Source of the DNA: a virus
Length of the DNA: 64,000 nt
Reading direction: 5' to 3' (one strand)
IMG/VR virus record: IMGVR_UViG_3300036985_002246
Coordinates: 96,001 to 160,000 of that record
The stretch's first letter is position 1. The number at the start of each line of letters is the position of its first letter. This document shows positions 1-6,336 of the stretch, in pieces. Below the pieces are notes generated by a model. The model was not told the DNA's origin. It ran no database searches and worked only from the letters and a program-made list of their open reading frames with translations. A program made the translations under genes and the position numbers.

Positions 1-30
1 GACCCCGACATTCCGACGAAGAGGCCCTGA

Positions 31-1353
31 ATGACGAAGAAGAAGCCCGACGAAGCTCCCGCTCCTGCTCCCAAGAAGTCCGCCAAGGCTGCTGTCCCCG
101 CCAAGAACCTCAGCCCGCTCGTTCGAGCACGGGCTGCGCTCAAGACGATCCTGAAGGAGGACCACGTCACACCGCTGTCGGACAGCACGCTCAAGTCCTC
201 CCTCCCGCATATCCCGACGGGCTCGATCGTCCTCGACTTCCTGATCGGTGGCCGCCCCAATCAGTACGGGGTCGCCCCGTGCCCCGGTATCCCCCGAGCG
301 AAGATCTTCAACCTCTACGGCAACGCGGGTGCGGGCAAGACGACTCTCGCCCTCACGACGGCAGCGTCGATCTGCAACGCGGGCGGAACCTGCGTCTATA
401 TCGACTGGGAGAACGAGATTGAGCCCCGCTACGCGGCTCGTCTCGGGGTGCCCGTTCAGGACGGCAGCAGGTTCCTCCTCATGCAGCCGAACACGCTGGA
501 GGAGGGCATGAAGATCATGGTCCAAATGGCGAGCGAGGGTGTGGACCTGATCGTCGTGGACTCGGTCGGAGCAGGCGTTCCGGAAGACCTCTACAACCGT
601 TCGGTGGACGAGGAGGGGGCGCAGACTCGGATCGGCCTCAACGCCGCGAAGTGGTCGCAGTTCCTCCCGAAGTTCAAGAGCATTGTCGCCAAGAGCAACA
701 CGGCGGTGATCGGTATCTCCCAGCTTCGCAAGACGATCGACAAGAGCGGCCACGGACCCGACTCCGCTGCTCAGGGCGGCGAGGCGTGGAAGTACTACTC
801 GGCTGTCCGCATGAGCCTCCGGGTCTACCAGAAGGAGAAGGCCAAGCAGTTCAACGCCCTTCTCGGCAAGTCTGAGGACACGATCGTCGGCACGTCGGTC
901 CTGGCCAAGCTCGACAAGTGCAAGGTCAGCGACTCGGTCCACCACGAGGCCAAGTTCTTCCTGCGGAGCGGCTTCGGAATCGACAACACCCGCTCGGTGA
1001 TCGACCTCGCCGCCACCTACAAGATCATTGACAAGAGCGGCTCCTGGTTCGAGTGGGAGACGGCCCCCGGCGGGAAGATCCGCGCTCAGGGCATGGACGG
1101 CATGATCAGGCTCGTCACCGAGCAGAAGGGTGCTCTCAAGGCGCTCTTCGCCCAGGTCGTCCCCAAGCTCACTGCCGTTCAGAAGCTCGACCCCACGACG
1201 ATCGAGGACGAGGAGGAGGAGGTGATCGGCGAGGACCTCTTCGACGAGATCGTCCCCGTCTCGGACGCTGAAGCCGCCCGTCGTGCAAAGGCGTCTGGCG
1301 GTGAGCCCCCCGCCGGGTTCCTGGCGGACCTCGACGAGTCCGAATCCGACTGA
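31..1353 (+). CDS. recA: RecA-family recombinase (phage-encoded)
   Basis: IPTGSIVLDFLIGG; Walker A GNAGAGKT; VYIDWEN; Walker B LIVVDSV; ISQLR; GGEAWKYYSAVR; acidic C-tail. Confidence 0.95.
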   Translation: MTKKKPDEAPAPAPKKSAKAAVPAKNLSPLVRARAALKTILKEDHVTPLSDSTLKSSLPHIPTGSIVLDFLIGGRPNQYGVAPCPGIPRAKIFNLYGNAGAGKTTLALTTAASICNAGGTCVYIDWENEIEPRYAARLGVPVQDGSRFLLMQPNTLEEGMKIMVQMASEGVDLIVVDSVGAGVPEDLYNRSVDEEGAQTRIGLNAAKWSQFLPKFKSIVAKSNTAVIGISQLRKTIDKSGHGPDSAAQGGEAWKYYSAVRMSLRVYQKEKAKQFNALLGKSEDTIVGTSVLAKLDKCKVSDSVHHEAKFFLRSGFGIDNTRSVIDLAATYKIIDKSGSWFEWETAPGGKIRAQGMDGMIRLVTEQKGALKALFAQVVPKLTAVQKLDPTTIEDEEEEVIGEDLFDEIVPVSDAEAARRAKASGGEPPAGFLADLDESESD

Positions 1354-1383
1354 CCGTAGTGAGGGAATGGGGTACTCTCCACC

Positions 1384-2496
1384 ATGTCCTTTCGCGTCCG
1401 AGTCAGGGATTTCCAGTCGATCGAGGACGCCACCATTGAGGTAGACGGCCTCACGGTGATCACTGGTCCGAACAACTCCGGTAAGACAGCCCTCATGCGG
1501 GCTGTCTCCGGGGCGTTCACCAATGCGCGTGGGACCAAGTTCGTTCGTCACGGGAAGGATAGCGCGAAGGTCGAGCTATCCTTCTCTGACGGGCGGACCC
1601 TTCTCTGGGAGAAGGGTGAGAAGGTCAACCGCTACGAACTCGACGGCAAGGCCCTCAATCGGGTTGGGCACGGTGCCCCGCCCGAGACGGCCACGCTCGG
1701 GATACTGCCGGTCGAGGCCGCAGGTCGGGAGCTTTGGCCGCAGTTCGCCCACCAGTTCGTCGGCCAGGTGTTCCTCCTCGACGAGCCCGGCTCTGTCCTC
1801 GCAGAGGCCGTCGCCAACGTGGACAAGGTGGGCGTCCTGAACGAGTCCCTGCGGCTCTCCCAATCTGACCGCAGGGGTGCTGCCTCTGAACTCAAGGTCC
1901 GCGTCGAGGACGTGGCCAAGCATGAGGCGGCGCTCCTCCTGTTCGACGGGCTCGACGTGGCGGTGGCTCAGGTCAAGAAGGCTGAGAAGCTGCGCGTCGA
2001 GGTCGCTGACCAGGGGAAGTCGCTCGACCAGGTGCGGGGCCTCCAATCTCGGCTGAGCACTGCGGTTGGGACCGTGAAGTCCCTCGCCCCGGTCAGGACT
2101 CTCCCGACCGTGGACAGTGCTTTGGTCGAGAAGGTGAAGAAGATCCAGTCCGCCCTCGACTGGTCAGTCCAGACCTCTGCCCGGCTGGTTCAAGCCAAGG
2201 CTGACCATGATCGGGCGCTCGACGCCGCCCAGTCTGTTCGAGACTGGGTGCTTCCTGACACCCAGCCGGTCCAGGACGCCCTCCACAGCCTGGAAGCCGC
2301 ACGCCGCAGCCTGGAGGCTGCCCGAGCCCTCACCGGTCGCCTGACCGCCCTGGAGGGCACGGTAACTGGGCTAAGAGCCACCCTGAGTGGAGTGGAGTCC
2401 GCATACGAGGCGGCGGCGTCCGACGTACAGGTCCTTTTCGAGGAGGCAGGCTCCTGCCCCTTCTGTGGAGTCGAGCATGAAGCAAGCTCTTGCTAG
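1384..2496 (+). CDS. SbcC/Rad50-like ATPase, N-terminal half only (Walker A, coiled coil, Zn-hook CPFC)
   Basis: RVRDFQSIEDATIEVDGLTVITGPNNSGKT; long coiled coil; ends just after SCPFCG; no signature motif or Walker B. Confidence 0.85.
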   Translation: MSFRVRVRDFQSIEDATIEVDGLTVITGPNNSGKTALMRAVSGAFTNARGTKFVRHGKDSAKVELSFSDGRTLLWEKGEKVNRYELDGKALNRVGHGAPPETATLGILPVEAAGRELWPQFAHQFVGQVFLLDEPGSVLAEAVANVDKVGVLNESLRLSQSDRRGAASELKVRVEDVAKHEAALLLFDGLDVAVAQVKKAEKLRVEVADQGKSLDQVRGLQSRLSTAVGTVKSLAPVRTLPTVDSALVEKVKKIQSALDWSVQTSARLVQAKADHDRALDAAQSVRDWVLPDTQPVQDALHSLEAARRSLEAARALTGRLTALEGTVTGLRATLSGVESAYEAAASDVQVLFEEAGSCPFCGVEHEASSC

Positions 2497-2722
2497 TCTG
2501 GTCCTGGCCCTCTGCATGAGTGGCTGCCCGCACCTCCCGCCCCCGAGCGGGTGTGCTCCCCGGTCCTCAATGTGCCAGGACGACCGGCCTTTCGTCTGCT
2601 CTGGAACGCAGCGGTGGACCCAGGTCGGCGACTCAACCTGTGCAGAGGTGGGTGGTGTCTGCTGCATGACGGCAGACGCGATCCACGCCTGCGTGCCCCA
2701 AACCGCCTGCACGGGGGAGTGA
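2477..2722 (+). CDS. Small Cys-rich lipoprotein
   Basis: ATG at 2477; MKQALASLVLALCMSG|C signal and lipobox; many further Cys. Confidence 0.65.
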   Translation: MKQALASLVLALCMSGCPHLPPPSGCAPRSSMCQDDRPFVCSGTQRWTQVGDSTCAEVGGVCCMTADAIHACVPQTACTGE

Positions 2723-2725
2723 CCC

Positions 2726-3328
2726 ATGACCGATCTCAAGACCGTGGCTGAGGACTTCTCGGTGTTCATGTGCTCGCACTTCGGAGCGACGGTCCTCCAC
2801 AAGGAGGACGCCGCCGAAATGAAGGCGATTGCCTGGGGCATGGACCTCGGTCGAGGCTTCGGGGCGACGGGGCTCGCGTCGGGCGCGAGCTTCATGTCCA
2901 ACTACACGACGACGCTCGGCACGAACGTCTATATGCCGAAGTCGCACCGGGAGGACCCCTTCAACTTCCTCACGATCCTCACCCACGAGTGCCAGCACGT
3001 CCTTCAGTTCAAGGAGTCTGGGGTCGAGTTCGCATGGCTCTACCTTGAGGAGCCTGAGGCTCGGGCCAGGTACGAGGCGGACGCCTACGCGGCAGGGCTC
3101 GCGCTCTGGAAGTGGCTGCGTGGCAGCCTGCCCGCAGACCCGGTCTCAGGGATCGTGGAGGGTCTGGTGAGGGGCTACAGCCTCCGCCAGGCAGACGCCG
3201 AACTCGCGGAGGATATGCTGAAGTCCCACTTCGTATCCCTGAAGAACGACATGGTCATGTCGAAGTCTGCACGCGAGGCGATCAAGTTCCTCGACGCGAA
3301 CTACCCGGAGCTTCGCGGGACGCTCTGA
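2726..3328 (+). CDS. Putative zincin metallopeptidase (HExxH)
   Basis: ILTHECQHVLQ followed by RYEADAY (candidate third Zn ligand Glu). Confidence 0.6.
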   Translation: MTDLKTVAEDFSVFMCSHFGATVLHKEDAAEMKAIAWGMDLGRGFGATGLASGASFMSNYTTTLGTNVYMPKSHREDPFNFLTILTHECQHVLQFKESGVEFAWLYLEEPEARARYEADAYAAGLALWKWLRGSLPADPVSGIVEGLVRGYSLRQADAELAEDMLKSHFVSLKNDMVMSKSAREAIKFLDANYPELRGTL

Positions 3329-3345
3329 CGGCGTAGCGTCCGCTC

Positions 3346-4309
3346 ATGAGCGACGAGTACACCTCGATCGACGACCTCCTGGCCCTCGAAGAGGGGGGCC
3401 GCACCCTCGACAAGAAGTCCCCGTACCAGAAGTCTGGTACGGGTCAGAACTCCTCGCTCAAAGCGATCCAAGCGGTCGAGGCCGAAATGGGCGAGAACCA
3501 TGTCCTCGACCGGTTTGGGTTCGTTCCGAAGTCGCTCCTCCGGTTTGAGAGGAGCCGGGAAATGCTCGAAGCGGTGAGTGACACCTCGAAGGTCAGGGGC
3601 CTTCTTCAGGGGCAGGGGTACGCCACCAATCTCCGCTTCTCAATCTACAACGTGGACGCGGCCAGGTTCTTCCTCGACTACTACCTGCCCCCGAGAGCAC
3701 TGGTGCTGGACCCGTTCATGGGTCGCTTCACGCGGGCGTTGTCCTCGCACTTGCTGGACATGACCTACGTTGGATTCGACACCTGTTCCGAGACAGTCGA
3801 GTTGAATCGCGAGTCACTCCTGCGGCACTTCAATCTGCCGGACCTCCCAGAGGGCTGGGAGTTGAACCACGGGGACGGGGTGGCACTCGCCCCCTACGCA
3901 GATCATGAGAGCGTGTTCGACGGGGTGTTCACCTGTCCCCCCCTACTACTCCACGGAGCAGTACAGCGGTGAGGCGGGCGACCTGTCCCACATGAAGGAG
4001 TCTGAGTTCAACGCGCAGATCGAGGTCCTGTTCAGGAACCTGTACCGGCTCGTGAAGCCCTCAGGCAAGCTCCGCCCCGACCTCCACCCAGTCGTCGTCA
4101 CAGTGGGCACCTTTCGGCAGGGAGAGCGGGGTCTGTTGGACATGGACTACCTCTTCCAACGGTGCGCCTACGACGCCGGGTTCGTCCTGCACGACAAGGT
4201 GGTCACGGAGAACTTCCCTCCGGGGGCTGGGTTCACGTTCCGCAGGAACTTCGGATTGGGGTTCGTGTGCAAGGCCCACGAGACCACCCTGGTCTTCCTC
4301 AAGCGGTGA
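3346..4309 (+). pseudogene. DNA amino-methyltransferase-like gene split by a one-base frameshift in a C7 tract
   Basis: ORF 3346-3972 has VLDPFMG...YVGFD and ends FTCPP; overlapping ORF 3905-4309 continues PPYYSTEQYSG...LYRLVKPSG; deleting one C of 3937-3943 gives FTCPPYY. Confidence 0.75.
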
Positions 4310-4351
4310 AAGACCTGCTCGGCTTCGAGGGGTAGGGCGTAAAGTCCAGCC

Positions 4352-5323
4352 ATGACTGTCTCGCTCCTCTGGCGCACGGACGTACACCTGTCAGACCAAA
4401 CGCCCCGGTCTCGCAAGGACGATTGGACCGCGACCGTTCTGGGCAAGCTCGCTCAGATTGGTGACCTCGCCCGCAAGCTCAAGGTGGACGGCGTTCTGGA
4501 CGGCGGGGACTTCTTCGACCTGAAGAGCCCGACCCGGAACTCCCACGCGCTCATTCAGAGGGTGCTCTCGGTACACCGTGGCTACCCGTGCCCGGTCTAC
4601 GGGAACGTCGGGAACCACGACTGCGTCTACGGGGACTACTCGTTCCTGCCCCAGCAGCCGCTCGGGGTGCTCTACGAGTCGGGTGCCTTCCGGCGCTGCT
4701 ACGACGAGCACGAGGCGGTCTTCACCTCGAAGGGGGAGACAGTGAGGGTCGTGGGTGTGCCCTACCACGGGACCAAGTACGACCTCGACCGGTTCACTCG
4801 GATCAAGAAGGGCAGCGAGGACCACCTCGTGGTGGTCGCCCATGTGTTGGCGTCGCCGACCGGGGGCACGCTGTTCGAGTCGGAGGACGTGCTCAAGTAC
4901 GCCGACCTCGACACCTTCGACGGGGACGTATTCTGCTTCGGTCACTGGCACAAGGACCAGGGGATCACCGAGACTCCTGGGGGCAAGACGATCGTGAACG
5001 TCGGCTCCCTCACGCGGGGTTCGCTCTCGCAGGACGACCTCGACCGAGTCCCCTCAGCGGTGCTCCTCAAGTTCGACAAGGCGAAGGTCTCCGCCGAGAA
5101 GATCCCCCTCAGCTACACTGTGGCGTCGGAGGTGTTCGACCTGGAGTCGAGGGACACGGCGAAGTTGCGTGAGGGCATGATCGAGGAGTTCGTCGGGAAC
5201 ATTCAGACGATCCTCACCGCCAAGTCGAACCGCTCGATCCGCGACGCGATCCGCGACCTGCCCAACGTCCCCGACGAGGTGAAAGAGCAGACGCTCCTCT
5301 ATGTGGAGAAGGCGGGAGGGTAG
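4352..5323 (+). CDS. SbcD/Mre11-like metallophosphoesterase nuclease
   Basis: TDVH, GGDFFD, GNHD, VAH, GHWH phosphoesterase motifs; NVGSLTR. Confidence 0.9.
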   Translation: MTVSLLWRTDVHLSDQTPRSRKDDWTATVLGKLAQIGDLARKLKVDGVLDGGDFFDLKSPTRNSHALIQRVLSVHRGYPCPVYGNVGNHDCVYGDYSFLPQQPLGVLYESGAFRRCYDEHEAVFTSKGETVRVVGVPYHGTKYDLDRFTRIKKGSEDHLVVVAHVLASPTGGTLFESEDVLKYADLDTFDGDVFCFGHWHKDQGITETPGGKTIVNVGSLTRGSLSQDDLDRVPSAVLLKFDKAKVSAEKIPLSYTVASEVFDLESRDTAKLREGMIEEFVGNIQTILTAKSNRSIRDAIRDLPNVPDEVKEQTLLYVEKAGG

Positions 5324-5330
5324 GGTCAGC

Positions 5331-6323
5331 ATGGCGCGTGACCCGTCCCTCTGGTGGTCAAATTTGGCGGACTACGAGGAGTGCCCTCAGAAGCTCCTGT
5401 GGAAGCGCGGCCACGGCACGATCGACCTTGGGCGAGGCCCTGGACGTGGGAAGCTCCTGCCTGACACGAAGAAGTCCGCCCACCACGCAGTCATGGGCAA
5501 CGTGCTCTCGGCGGCGATCGAGGCGCTCTACAACGAGGAGTTGTGGCGTGACCCGGCCAATCTCTCGGCTCGGCTGGAGGAACTCACCCGCAAGGAGTTC
5601 AACCTTCAGATCCTGAAGAACCATATCGTCTGGTCCGAGACTCCCGACAGGCCCAAGTGGGACGAGGCAGCCCCGCGTGAGGTGCTGCTCAAGACCTGCC
5701 TGGACGGGATCCTGAACTACCTCAAGACCATGAAGCGGAACCGGCTGCTCGGCCCCTACGCCAAGTCTGAGGTCAATATTTTCGCCCGCGTGGGGGACAC
5801 ACCGATTGCAGGGCGACCTGACCTGATCATTCGTCGAGAGTCACCCAAGCTCTCAATCCTCGACGGGAAGAACTCCTCGACGCCGGGCAAGTACACCAAC
5901 CCGGACCAGCTACGCTGGTACGCGCTCTGCTACTTCCTGGCGCACGGGGAAATGCCTGACCGGCTGGCGTTCGTGTACTTCCGGTTCCCTGAGGGCTGCC
6001 CGCCCAAGGACTACGACGGCGACCCGGAGACGTGGACCGGCCTCGTGGAGGTCTCCTGCACCAAGGGGGACCTCAAGGACCTCTCCCACCGGGCGGTCGA
6101 GACGCACCAGGCGATCACGAAGGAACTCTTCGACCCAACCCCGAGCACGAAGTCCTGCCAGTTCTGCGACTTCCAGGAGGTTTGCCCCGCTCGCATTGAG
6201 CAGAAGGCGGCGAACATTCGCAAGAAGCCGCCGAAGTCGGAGGCAGAGGTGGCGCTCGACTCCTCTACGGGGATCATGGATCTCGGGTTCTTTGGGGGTC
6301 CAGAAGTGGACTCCAAGCCGTAA
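5331..6323 (+). CDS. PD-(D/E)XK nuclease, AddB/Cas4-like with Fe-S Cys staple
   Basis: N-terminal ECP; AGRPDLI...ILDGKN; QLRWY; C-terminal CQFCDFQEVC. Confidence 0.85.
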   Translation: MARDPSLWWSNLADYEECPQKLLWKRGHGTIDLGRGPGRGKLLPDTKKSAHHAVMGNVLSAAIEALYNEELWRDPANLSARLEELTRKEFNLQILKNHIVWSETPDRPKWDEAAPREVLLKTCLDGILNYLKTMKRNRLLGPYAKSEVNIFARVGDTPIAGRPDLIIRRESPKLSILDGKNSSTPGKYTNPDQLRWYALCYFLAHGEMPDRLAFVYFRFPEGCPPKDYDGDPETWTGLVEVSCTKGDLKDLSHRAVETHQAITKELFDPTPSTKSCQFCDFQEVCPARIEQKAANIRKKPPKSEAEVALDSSTGIMDLGFFGGPEVDSKP

Positions 6324-6336
6324 AGTGAGCCGAGTC

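Noticed and set aside
5331-6323. Cas4 / CRISPR adaptation gene
   Set aside because: No cas1/cas2 or array; context with RecA and SbcCD fits a recombination nuclease.
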